The notes beneath the pieces were generated by a model. The model was not told where the DNA came from, searched no databases, and worked only from the letters and a program-made list of their open reading frames with translations. Shown piece after piece: positions 55,795 to 64,000 of a stretch of DNA of 64,000 bases; the first letter of the stretch is position 1, and each line of letters opens with the position of its first letter. This stretch comes from an uncultured Gemmatimonadales bacterium. GTDB taxonomy: Bacteria > Gemmatimonadota > Gemmatimonadetes > Palauibacterales > Palauibacteraceae. Position numbers and translations under genes: made by a program. Location: positions 192,001 through 256,000 of the forward strand of contig CAWANJ010000003.1 in NCBI GenBank assembly GCA_963783385.1. Direction: 5' to 3'.

Positions 55795-57219
55795 GTGTAC
55801 CAGCCCCGCGTCGCAGTCGTCGGCTCCGGCCCGAACGGCCTGGCCGCGGCGGCCGCCCTCGCCCGGGCCGGACACCCGCCGATCGTGTTCGAGGCCGACG
55901 CCGAGATCGGGGGCGGCCTGCGGAGCGCCGCGCTCACCCGGCCCGGCTACCTCCACGACGTGTGCGCGGCCGTGCATCCCCTGGGGGTCGCGTCCCCCTT
56001 CTTCCGCGGCCTTCCCCTGGCCGAGCACGGCCTGGAGTGGGTCCATCCCGACGTGCCAATGGCCCACCCGTTCGACGACGGCACGGCGGCCGAGCTGAGG
56101 CGCTCCCCCCGCGAGACGGCGGACACGCTCGACGCCTCCGACCGCCGCGCTTACACGTCGCTGGTCGAACCGTTGCTCGAGCGGTGGGACGCGCTGCTGG
56201 AGGACGCCCTGTCGCCCCTGCTCCGGGTACCGGATCACCCGCTCCTCATGGCCCGGTTCGGCCTCTCGGCGCTCCGGTCCGCCGTCGGGCTGGCCCGGAG
56301 CCGGTTCTCCGGACCCCGGGCTCGGGCCCTGTTCGCGGGGCTGGCCGCGCACACCTTCGAGCCGCTCGAGTCGGCCCCGACGGCCGCGTTCGGGCTCGTG
56401 CTCGGCCTGGCCGGGCATGCCGTAGGGTGGCCGTTCGCGCGCGGCGGATCGGGCCGAATCGCCACGGCGCTGGCCGGCGTCATAGGGGAGCACGGGGGCG
56501 AGATCGTGACCGGGAAGGAGGTCACCTCGCTCGGGGAGCTCGGGGATGTGGACACGGTCCTCCTGGACCTCACGCCCCGCCAGGTCCTGCGCGTGGCGGG
56601 CGAGCGACTGCCCGCCGGCTACCGGCGCGGCCTCGGCCGCTACCGCTACGGGCCGGGCGTCTTCAAGGTCGACTGGGCCCTGTCGCAGCCGATCCCGTGG
56701 CGGGCCGAGGCCTGCCGCCGAGCCGGGACCGTGCACCTGGGCGGCACCCTCGGGGAGATCGCCGCCTCGGCCCGCGGCGCCTGGGAGGGCCGCGACCCCG
56801 AGCGCCCCTTCGTCCTGGTGGCGCAGCCCACCCTGTTCGACCCCTCCCGGGCGCCCGAGGGGCGGCACGTCGCCTGGGGCTACATCCACGTGCCCCATGG
56901 CTCGGACCGCGACTTCACGGACCGGGTCGAGGCGCAGATCGAGCGCTTCGCTCCCGGCTTCCGGGACGTGGTGCTGGAGCGCGCCGCGCGCACGGCGGCC
57001 GGGCTCGAGGCCTACAACCCCAACATGATCGGGGGGGACATCAACGGCGGCGCGGCGGACCTCGGCCAGCTCCTGTTCCGGCCGGCCGCACGGCTGGATC
57101 CGTACGCCACGCCGGTCGACGGGCTCTACCTGTGCTCCGCCTCCACGCCCCCGGGCGGCGGGGTGCACGGCATGTGCGGCTTCCACGCCGCCAGCTCGGC
57201 GCTGCGCAGGCTGGGCTGA
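55795..57219 (+). CDS. FAD-dependent oxidoreductase, phytoene dehydrogenase-like
   Basis: VGSGPNGLAAA, HDVCAAVHP, GGDINGG, SASTPPGGGVHGMCG. Confidence 0.9.
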   Translation: MYQPRVAVVGSGPNGLAAAAALARAGHPPIVFEADAEIGGGLRSAALTRPGYLHDVCAAVHPLGVASPFFRGLPLAEHGLEWVHPDVPMAHPFDDGTAAELRRSPRETADTLDASDRRAYTSLVEPLLERWDALLEDALSPLLRVPDHPLLMARFGLSALRSAVGLARSRFSGPRARALFAGLAAHTFEPLESAPTAAFGLVLGLAGHAVGWPFARGGSGRIATALAGVIGEHGGEIVTGKEVTSLGELGDVDTVLLDLTPRQVLRVAGERLPAGYRRGLGRYRYGPGVFKVDWALSQPIPWRAEACRRAGTVHLGGTLGEIAASARGAWEGRDPERPFVLVAQPTLFDPSRAPEGRHVAWGYIHVPHGSDRDFTDRVEAQIERFAPGFRDVVLERAARTAAGLEAYNPNMIGGDINGGAADLGQLLFRPAARLDPYATPVDGLYLCSASTPPGGGVHGMCGFHAASSALRRLG

Positions 57220-57375
57220 GACCGCCGGGGCGATGCGTACGGCCATGCCGAGCGCCGATCGAGCCTCCTCGATTCAACGTTTCCTCGGTCCACCTGTAGG
57301 GTAGGGTGAACGGCGGCCGCGAACGAGCATCGCCAGCGAGCCCGCTGAACCCGGAACTTGGTCGAGGAGAATACA

Positions 57376-57966
57376 ATGTCCCCGTGGAAGCGATGGACGA
57401 CAATGGCGGCCGCCGCAATGTTCGTGGGGCTGACGATGCAGACGGCCCTCTCCGCGCAGGAGCCGACGCTGCCGAAGGACGGCAAGGCCCTGGCTTCGCA
57501 GCTCGGGCTCTCACAGGATGAGGCCACCAGGCTGATGCCCGACCTGAACCAGCTCGCGAGCGTGCTGACGCAGCACGAGCAGATGCTGCAGCAGGCCCGG
57601 TCGGTCCGGACGGAGCTGCACGAAGCCCTCACGAAGGTGGCGCCCACCCTCACCCCCGAGCAGCGCCAGGCGCTCATGGGGCTGGTGTGGCAGGGGAACG
57701 GTTCGGGCTATGGCATGCGCGGCGGCATGGGCCAGGGGATGCGCGGCGGCATGGGCCAGGGTATGCGCGGCGGCATGGGCCAGGGGATGCACCAGGGCAT
57801 GGGTCAGGGCATGCACCAGGGCATGCGCGGCGGCATGGGCCAGGGCATGCACCAGGGCATGGGTCCCGGAGCGAACGGCATGGGCCCGGCCAACTGCCCG
57901 TACCTGAACGTAAAGCCGCAGGGCGCTGACTCGACGAGCGCGGGCGGCGCTCCGCAGGGCCGGTAG
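57376..57966 (+). CDS. periplasmic Spy/CpxP-like protein with Gly-Met(-His) tail
   Basis: signal peptide; LSQDE and LTPEQR (LTxxQ) motifs; GM repeats. Confidence 0.75.
   Translation: MSPWKRWTTMAAAAMFVGLTMQTALSAQEPTLPKDGKALASQLGLSQDEATRLMPDLNQLASVLTQHEQMLQQARSVRTELHEALTKVAPTLTPEQRQALMGLVWQGNGSGYGMRGGMGQGMRGGMGQGMRGGMGQGMHQGMGQGMHQGMRGGMGQGMHQGMGPGANGMGPANCPYLNVKPQGADSTSAGGAPQGR
57712..57864 (+). repeat. in-frame 12-nt tandem repeat encoding GMRG/GMGQ/GMHQ (12 units plus a partial)
   Basis: read directly from the sequence. Confidence 0.9.
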
Positions 57967-58079
57967 CCCGACGGTCGATCGAGGCCGCATCGTGCGGCGC
58001 GAGGGAGGGTGGATCGGTGCCTCGCGGCCGGATCCGCCCGCCCACAGTATCCTGAGCTCGACATGAACGACGAAGGGCG

Positions 58080-58682
58080 ATGGCGGGAGGCGGACACGGC
58101 TCCGACAGCACGCCGGAGGGCGAGGGGCTCGGCACACCCGACGAGCTCCTGGCCCGCCGCGTCCAGGCGGGCGAGCGCGAGGCGTTCGCCGAGCTGGCGC
58201 GGCGGTACCTGCGTCCGATCCACGCCGTGGTGGGCTCCTTCCTCTCCGAGCCCGCCGATGTCGAGGACGCCTCGCAGGAGACCTTCCTGCGGGCGCTCGA
58301 GGCGATCGCCGGCTTCGATGCGGACCGGCCGTTCGCTCCATGGCTGTACCAGATCGCCCGGAACGTGGCCCGAAACCGCCTCGACCACCGGAGACGGTGG
58401 CGAACCGAGGACGCAGGGGACGACCTGGCCTCCGCGTCGGCGAACCCCGGTGTCTCGGTGGAGCGGACGGAGATTCGCTCCCTGGTCGACGGGGTCCTGG
58501 CGCGCATGCCGGACAAGAGACGCACGGCCTTCCGCCTGTTCGATATCGAGGGCTACACCTCGGCGGAGACGGCCCGGTTGATGGGGATCTCCGAGGGAAC
58601 CGTGCGATCGCACGTGCACCACGCACGGCGAACGCTGAGGAGCGAGTTGGAGCCCCTCATGGGGGGAGACGAGGGACGATGA
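58080..58682 (+). CDS. ECF sigma-70 factor
   Basis: EDASQETFLRA, PWLYQIARN, EGYTSAETA...GTVRSHVHHAR. Confidence 0.92.
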   Translation: MAGGGHGSDSTPEGEGLGTPDELLARRVQAGEREAFAELARRYLRPIHAVVGSFLSEPADVEDASQETFLRALEAIAGFDADRPFAPWLYQIARNVARNRLDHRRRWRTEDAGDDLASASANPGVSVERTEIRSLVDGVLARMPDKRRTAFRLFDIEGYTSAETARLMGISEGTVRSHVHHARRTLRSELEPLMGGDEGR

Positions 58683-59104
58683 GGCACGATACGCCCGAAC
58701 CATTGCCGCCCGAGTGGCTGCCGGATCCGGTCGGACCGGCCCGCGGTGGCGATCCCGGCGTGTGGGATCACCGTCTCCGGGAGCTCATGAGCGCCGCCGA
58801 GCCGCGTCTGGCCGAGCTGGCTAGACAGGGCGCACATCGGCCGGCGCCGCGCGTGGCGACGACCTGGTGGACATTGCTCGCGGCGCGCTGGCGGGCCGCC
58901 GTCGGAGCGGCGGCGCTCGCGGCCGCGGCCGCCATGCTCGTGGTGCAGGTGCTCCCGTCGCCCTCGTCGCCTCCGGCCGAGGCCGGGACCTTCAGCCTGA
59001 CCGCGATGGCGGGGGAGGGGACGGCCGTGGCGGTGTGGCAGGGGCTGGGGAGCGAGGCGGATCCGACGCTGGCCCAGATCGTCCTCCAGGGAGCCTCCCG
59101 ATGA
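58679..59104 (+). CDS. putative small single-TM anti-sigma factor
   Basis: ATGA overlap with the sigma gene; one TM (AAVGAAALAAAAAMLVV). Confidence 0.6.
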   Translation: MRHDTPEPLPPEWLPDPVGPARGGDPGVWDHRLRELMSAAEPRLAELARQGAHRPAPRVATTWWTLLAARWRAAVGAAALAAAAAMLVVQVLPSPSSPPAEAGTFSLTAMAGEGTAVAVWQGLGSEADPTLAQIVLQGASR

Positions 59105-59628
59105 GCCCGTGGAGCCCGGGGCCTCGCTGGCAGGCGGGCCTCATCGCCGCGGTCCTGTTCGGGCTCGGCGTCGTGGCCGGGGTCGTGGCCGATCGCGCCT
59201 GGATGGCCCGGTCGGCGGGAGCGGCCCCGGCTCCGCCTCTCACCGTCGCGAGCATGGCCGACGCGCTCGGACTCGACGGGGCCACGCGGGAGCGGGTGGC
59301 TGCGCTGCTGGACAGCCTGCAGCCCGAGATCGCGCGGGCCGCCGCGGTCGGCCCCGATTCCCTGCGGGGGGCCACGATGCGCGCGCACGCCCGCCTCATG
59401 GAGGCCCTCCCGCCGGACCGCCGGGCCGAGTTCCAGCGCTGGCTCGACGCGCGCCACGCGCACATGCTGGAGCGCATGCATCACATGATGCCGGGCATGA
59501 TGGGACCGGGTGGACGTCCGGGCATGAGTCCGGGCATGGGGCCCGGCATGATGCGTCCCGGCTCCGCCGGCGTGCGGCCCGGCGGGATGGAGCCGGGGGC
59601 GCACCGGCCCGGACCTAGCCGCCGCTGA
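59101..59628 (+). CDS. membrane-anchored periplasmic sensor, CnrX/Spy-like, His/Met-rich tail
   Basis: N-terminal TM; ALGLD...LPPDRRAEF; HAHMLERMHHMMPGMMG. Confidence 0.65.
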   Translation: MSPWSPGPRWQAGLIAAVLFGLGVVAGVVADRAWMARSAGAAPAPPLTVASMADALGLDGATRERVAALLDSLQPEIARAAAVGPDSLRGATMRAHARLMEALPPDRRAEFQRWLDARHAHMLERMHHMMPGMMGPGGRPGMSPGMGPGMMRPGSAGVRPGGMEPGAHRPGPSRR

Positions 59629-59896
59629 CGGAGGGCAGCACCAGGATCTCGGCGTCGGGCTCCAGGGGGGTGTCCAGCCCGCCCGTCCGCCGCACGCTGT
59701 TCGTCCCCACGAACAGGTTGACGTGCTGCCGGACCTCGCCCTGCTCGGTGACAATGCGGTCGTAGACCGCCGCGTGCTCCGTCCGCAGGGCCGCGAGCGC
59801 CTCGCCGACCGTCTCGGGACGTCCCGCCAGCGTGACCGACGCTTCACCTCCCGCCAGCTCCCGGAGAGGCGCCGGGAGGACCACGACCACGCTCAC
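59615..59896 (-). CDS. MoaD/ThiS family ubiquitin-like protein
   Basis: LPAPLR...TVGEAL...HVNLFV...ILVLPSVSGG with free C-terminal GG. Confidence 0.9.
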   Translation of the reverse strand: MSVVVVLPAPLRELAGGEASVTLAGRPETVGEALAALRTEHAAVYDRIVTEQGEVRQHVNLFVGTNSVRRTGGLDTPLEPDAEILVLPSVSGG

Positions 59897-61023
59897 GCCG
59901 CGCCCACGACCGACGCTTTGACGCACACGACCGGGGGGAGCTCCTCCTGCAGGGCCTCCCACGACTCGCCCTCGTCCCGCGAGGCGTATACGCGGCCGCT
60001 CCGGGTGCCGAAGTACACGCCCGCCGCGTCCAGTGAGTCCACGTCGAGGGCGTCGCGCAGCACCGTCTCGTAGGCGTTCTCCTGGGGGAGCCCCCGGGTC
60101 ATCGGCTCCCACGAGGTCCCGGCATCACGCGTGCGGTACACCCGGAGCTGCGCCCCCGGCGTGCAGCGGAATCCGTCCGATTCGAGGGGCACGATATAGG
60201 CGGCGTCGGGGTCGTGCGGATGGACGGCCATGCAGAAGCCGAAGTCCGAGGGGACGCCGTCCGCCACGTCCTTCCACGAGTCGCCCCAGTCGTCGCTCCG
60301 GTACAGCCCCCAGTGGTTCTGCAGGAAGAGCCGCTCGGGCCGGGCCGGGTGGTGCGCGACCTTGTGCACGCACTGTCCGAACTCCGGATACTTGTCCGGC
60401 AGGAACTCGGCCCGCACGCCCGCGTTGCGGGCCCGCCACGTGGCGCCCCCGTCGTCCGTCCGGTACACGCCCCCCGTGGATTGCGCGATCAGCATCCGCT
60501 CGGACGAGGACGGATCCGGGAGGATCGTGTGCAGGCACAGGCCCCCGTTGCCCGGCGTCCAGTGGGCCCGGTGCTCGTGGTCCAGGTGTCCGGCCACGGC
60601 GGTCCAGCTCTCGCCGCCGTCGGTGCTCTCGAACAGGCAGGTGGGCTCGACCCCCAGGAAGAGCCGGTCCGGCTCCCCGTCTCGGCCGGGCCGGATCTGC
60701 CAGATTCGCTTGAGCGAGAGGCCGGAGGTCTCCGGGAAGCGCACGGGTCGCTCGTCCTTCCCGGACCAGGTGGCGCCCCCGTCGACGGACTTCCGGAGGG
60801 TCGTCCCGAAGAAGGCGCTCCCGGGCGCGGCCCACAGGTCACGCCGCCCGCCGCGCTGGTCGAAGGCGAGGGCGTAGACTTCCTCGCCCGGGAAGTGCGG
60901 GCCGTCCATCTCCCAGCGCTTCCGATCGGCGTCCGACCGGAACAGGAAGGCGCCCTTGGTGGTCCCGACCATCAGGAGGACGTCGCCCTCCCGGAGCTGG
61001 AGTCCTCGTGGCGTCTCGGGCAT
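59893..61023 (-). CDS. cytoplasmic BNR/Asp-box beta-propeller protein (sialidase-like fold)
   Basis: repeated S/TxDxGxT/SW; GTTKG; GGLCLHTI; GQCVHK; QNHWG; PSDFGF; no signal peptide. Confidence 0.88.
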   Translation of the reverse strand: MPETPRGLQLREGDVLLMVGTTKGAFLFRSDADRKRWEMDGPHFPGEEVYALAFDQRGGRRDLWAAPGSAFFGTTLRKSVDGGATWSGKDERPVRFPETSGLSLKRIWQIRPGRDGEPDRLFLGVEPTCLFESTDGGESWTAVAGHLDHEHRAHWTPGNGGLCLHTILPDPSSSERMLIAQSTGGVYRTDDGGATWRARNAGVRAEFLPDKYPEFGQCVHKVAHHPARPERLFLQNHWGLYRSDDWGDSWKDVADGVPSDFGFCMAVHPHDPDAAYIVPLESDGFRCTPGAQLRVYRTRDAGTSWEPMTRGLPQENAYETVLRDALDVDSLDAAGVYFGTRSGRVYASRDEGESWEALQEELPPVVCVKASVVGAA

Positions 61024-61182
61024 GGGCTCGCTCCCGAAGCTGGGGTGACGACGGCGGGGTCCGGGCCCGACCGGGGAAGGTCGGACCGGCGATTCCCTCC
61101 AGCCTAATCAAGCGGCCGCGTGAGATCCAGATCGGGCCGGGGCGCGGTTGCCGGAGCGCCCGCCCCCGCGTCTAATGTCGGC

Positions 61183-62767
61183 ATGTCCTCCGCGCCGCGT
61201 CCGCTCGCCGACCCCCACGCGCACGGGTCGATCCCCCGCCTGCTCGAGCGCCGCGCGGCCGAGCGGGCGGATGGAGACTTCCTCCGCTTCGAGGGACGGA
61301 GCGTGACCTTCGGCGCGGTCGCCGAGGAGAGTGCCCTGCTGGCGGCCGGGATCGGAGCCCTCGGCCTCCGGCCCGGCGACCGCATCGCCCTCATGCTTCC
61401 CAACGGGATCGACTTCCCGGTGGCGTGGCTGGCGGCGGCGCGGGCCAGGACGCCCGTCGTGCCGGTGAATCCCGGCTACGGCGACGAGGACCTCGCCCAC
61501 GTGCTTTCCGACTCGGGCACGCGGGCCGCGCTGGCCGGACCCGAGGCGGCCGCCAAGCTGGAGGCGCTCGGCGCGCGCTGCCCCGAATGTGGGGTGGGTC
61601 GGTGGTCCCGGCGAGCTCCGGGCGCGCGGCGTGGAGTCGGGGCAGGCGCCTCCGCCCGTCGACGGGCCGGATCTGGACACGGCGGTGAGCGTGCAGTACA
61701 CGTCCGGCACCACCGGCTTCCCGAAGGGCTGCGTGCTCACGCACGGCTACTGGCTCCGGCTGGCCGCCACCATGCAGGCATACGGGCGGTTCGGACCGCA
61801 GGACGTGGCCCTCACCGCCCAGCCTTTCCACTACATGGACCCCACCTGGAACCTGGTCCTGTGCCTGGTGGCCGGGATGCCGCTGGCCGTGCTGCCGCGC
61901 TTCTCGGTCTCGACCTTCTGGCGACAGGTCCGCGACGCCGGGGCGACCTTCTTCTACTGCATCGGCACGATGCCCTCCTACCTGTTTCGGAGTGCGCCCG
62001 ACCCGGAGCTCGACCGCGGACATCGGGTGCGCCTGGTCCTGTGCTCCGGCATCCCCGCGGACCGCCACGCTGCCTTCGAGGCGCGCTGGGGCTGCCCGTG
62101 GCGGGAGACGTACGGCACCACGGAGCTCGGCGTCGTGCTCATGGCTCCGCTGGAGGACGCGGGCTCGGTCGGATCGGGCACCATGGGCGAGCCGGTGCCG
62201 GGGCGCGAGGTCCGGGTGGTGGACGGGGCGGGCCGTCCCGTGGCCGACGGGGAGGAGGGAGAGATGCAGGTGCGCGGACCCGACACGATGCTGGGCTACT
62301 GGTCCGGAGAGGGACCCGACACCGGGTGGCTCACGACGGATGGCTGGGCCCCGACCGGGGACCGGGTGCGCCACGAGGCCCACGGCTACCGGCACCTCGG
62401 CCGCCTCAAGGACGTCATCCGCAGGGCGGGCGAGAACATTGCGGCCGCCGAGGTCGAGGCGGCGCTGCGGACCCACCCCCGGGTGCGCGAGGCCGCATGC
62501 GTGGCCGTGCCCGACGACCTGCGGGGCGAGGAGGTCCGGGCCTACGTCCAGCTGGTCGAGGGCGTCGACCCGACCGCCACGCCACCCGAGGTCCTGGCGG
62601 CGTTCGCGGAGGGGCGGCTGGCGTCCTTCAAAGTGCCCCGCTACTGGAGCTACGTGGATCGCTTCCCCCTCACGCCATCGCAGAAGATCGCCAAGACGAG
62701 GCTGGCCGCGACGGACGCGGACCCGCTCACGGGTGCGTGGGACCGACGGGAGGGGAGGTGGCGGTGA
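61183..62767 (+). CDS. acyl-CoA ligase (CaiC-like), +1 indel near 61588
   Basis: YTSGTTGFPKG, YGTTE, TGD, GRLKDVIRRAGENI, KIAK. Confidence 0.88.
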
Positions 62768-63597
62768 AGGACTCCGGAAGCGTCACGTGGGAGCTGCGAG
62801 GTCGGGTCGGCGTGATCACGCTGGACCGGCCCGGGTCGCTCAACGCCCTGTCGGGAGCCATGCTGCGCGAGCTCCTCGGTCTGCTCGGCGACGCCGCGGG
62901 CCGCGATGGCGCGGCGGTCCTGGTGCTCACCGGAGCGGGGAGGGCGTTCTCGGCCGGCGTCGACCTCTACGAGCTCGAGGCGGCCAGGGCCGCGGGGGAG
63001 AGCGAGGCCGAAGCCCGGCGGCGCCTCGAGCGGCTGCAGGATGTCACCCGCCGCATCGTGGACGGCCCCGTCCCGGTGGTGGCCGCCCTCAACGGTCCGG
63101 CCGTGGGGCTGGGGGCGGAGATCGCCGCCGCCTGCGACGTCAGGATCATGGCCCGCGGCGCCACGATCAGCTTCCCGGAGGCGCGCCGCGGGCTGTCGGC
63201 GACCAACGGGGCCTCGTACCTCCTGCCGCGGCTCGTGGGCTCCGGCCGGGCCCTCGACTGGCTCCTCACCGGGCGCGAGGTGGAGCCCGAAGAGGCGCGG
63301 GCGGCCGGCTTCGCCTCGGCGGTGGTGTCCGAGATGGACCTGCGGGCGAGGGCGCTCGAGGTGGCCGACATCATGGCGAGCGCCGCGCCCGGCGGGGTGG
63401 CGGCCGCCCGGCGTCTCCTCCGAGAACCCGTCCGCGAGGCGCTGGAGGAGGCGCTCCGCCGGGAAGTGGAGGTGGTGCTGGAGGGAATGCGCTCGCCCGA
63501 GTACGAGGCGGGGCTGCGGGGTTTCGTGGAGCGGCGCGGCCCGGAGGCCGCGCCGCGCGGCCAGGATCGAGGGGGACGCCGACCGGCTTCCGACTAG
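62764..63597 (+). CDS. enoyl-CoA hydratase/isomerase family protein
   Basis: LDRPGSLNAL, AFSAGVDL, NGPAVGLG, PEARRG; GTG overlaps the ligase stop. Confidence 0.9.
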   Translation: MKDSGSVTWELRGRVGVITLDRPGSLNALSGAMLRELLGLLGDAAGRDGAAVLVLTGAGRAFSAGVDLYELEAARAAGESEAEARRRLERLQDVTRRIVDGPVPVVAALNGPAVGLGAEIAAACDVRIMARGATISFPEARRGLSATNGASYLLPRLVGSGRALDWLLTGREVEPEEARAAGFASAVVSEMDLRARALEVADIMASAAPGGVAAARRLLREPVREALEEALRREVEVVLEGMRSPEYEAGLRGFVERRGPEAAPRGQDRGGRRPASD

Positions 63598-64000
63598 CGG
63601 GTGACGCTCATCGTCACCTTCTGGGAGATCCACACGGCGATGGGCTGGTCCCGGTTGATGGCCGGCTTGAACTGCATCTGCTGGACCACCTGGGCCGCCG
63701 CCGCGTCCATGTTCGGATAGCCGCTCGAGTCCTTGATGAAAGTCTTGAGCACCTTGCCCTGCACGTCCACGTACGCCCACACGACCACGGCTCCCCCGAT
63801 GCCCACGTCGCGGAGCGAGGCCGGGTAGAGCTTCACCAACAGCCGCTCGATCTCCCCTTTGTTCAGGAGCCTGGGCGGCACGTCGAACGGGATGAACGTG
63901 GGCCGGTCGGCCGGGTTTCCTCCCACGGCGGGCGGAGGAGGCGGCAGGGCGGAGGCCGGGTTCGCCTCCAGGGTCGTCGGCGCGATCGTCAGCTCTGGGC
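63594..64000 (-). CDS. energy transducer TonB, C-terminal part (start outside the window)
   Basis: Pro-rich linker; YPASLRDVGIGG; SSGYPNMDAAA; FKPA. Confidence 0.85.
   Translation of the reverse strand, partial: PELTIAPTTLEANPASALPPPPPAVGGNPADRPTFIPFDVPPRLLNKGEIERLLVKLYPASLRDVGIGGAVVVWAYVDVQGKVLKTFIKDSSGYPNMDAAAAQVVQQMQFKPAINRDQPIAVWISQKVTMSVTR

Noticed and set aside
55795-57219. Carotenoid biosynthesis (crtI)
   Set aside because: It belongs to the widespread phytoene-dehydrogenase-like family, and no crtB/crtE neighbours are present.
57712-57864. Tandem repeat as a CRISPR array
   Set aside because: 12-nt in-frame coding units with no unique spacers and no cas genes.
61120-63597. 825-aa ligase-crotonase fusion in the ORF track
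   Set aside because: Artefact of the indel near 61588; the crotonase has its own GGAGG RBS and GTG at 62764.

Overview
Very GC-rich bacterial chromosomal window, most likely Gemmatimonadota (inferred from the SusC/SusD pair, DUF4837 lipoprotein next to dnaE, dnaE-accA-ricT-metG order and ECF/HEAT-repeat locus). It holds about 55 CDSs and one stand-alone tRNA-Ile(GAT). I see no rRNA, CRISPR array, integrase or transposase. The core block (21-35 kb) is fadJ, M23 peptidase, metG, ricT, accA, dnaE and typA. It is flanked by catabolic, envelope and regulatory modules: a divergent PaaA/D/B/C-like di-iron cluster with no reductase, a peptide-type SusCD locus, a creatininase/ketopantoate-reductase-like/SDR/M20 operon, two ECF sigma systems, a sigma54 two-component system with a YHYH protein, and a ubiquitin-like MoaD/ThiS protein coupled to a BNR beta-propeller. 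Seven genes carry small frameshifts that look like long-read indel errors. Best novelty candidates: (1) a ~120-nt nested-stem RNA between a clean sigma70 promoter and the M23 peptidase, a possible unclassified riboswitch or ncRNA; (2) the Ubl plus beta-propeller pair with no E1 nearby; (3) the reductase-less Paa-like oxygenase; (4) an independently promoted 80-aa, 60% acidic protein. All family assignments come from motif recognition by eye, not database searches.
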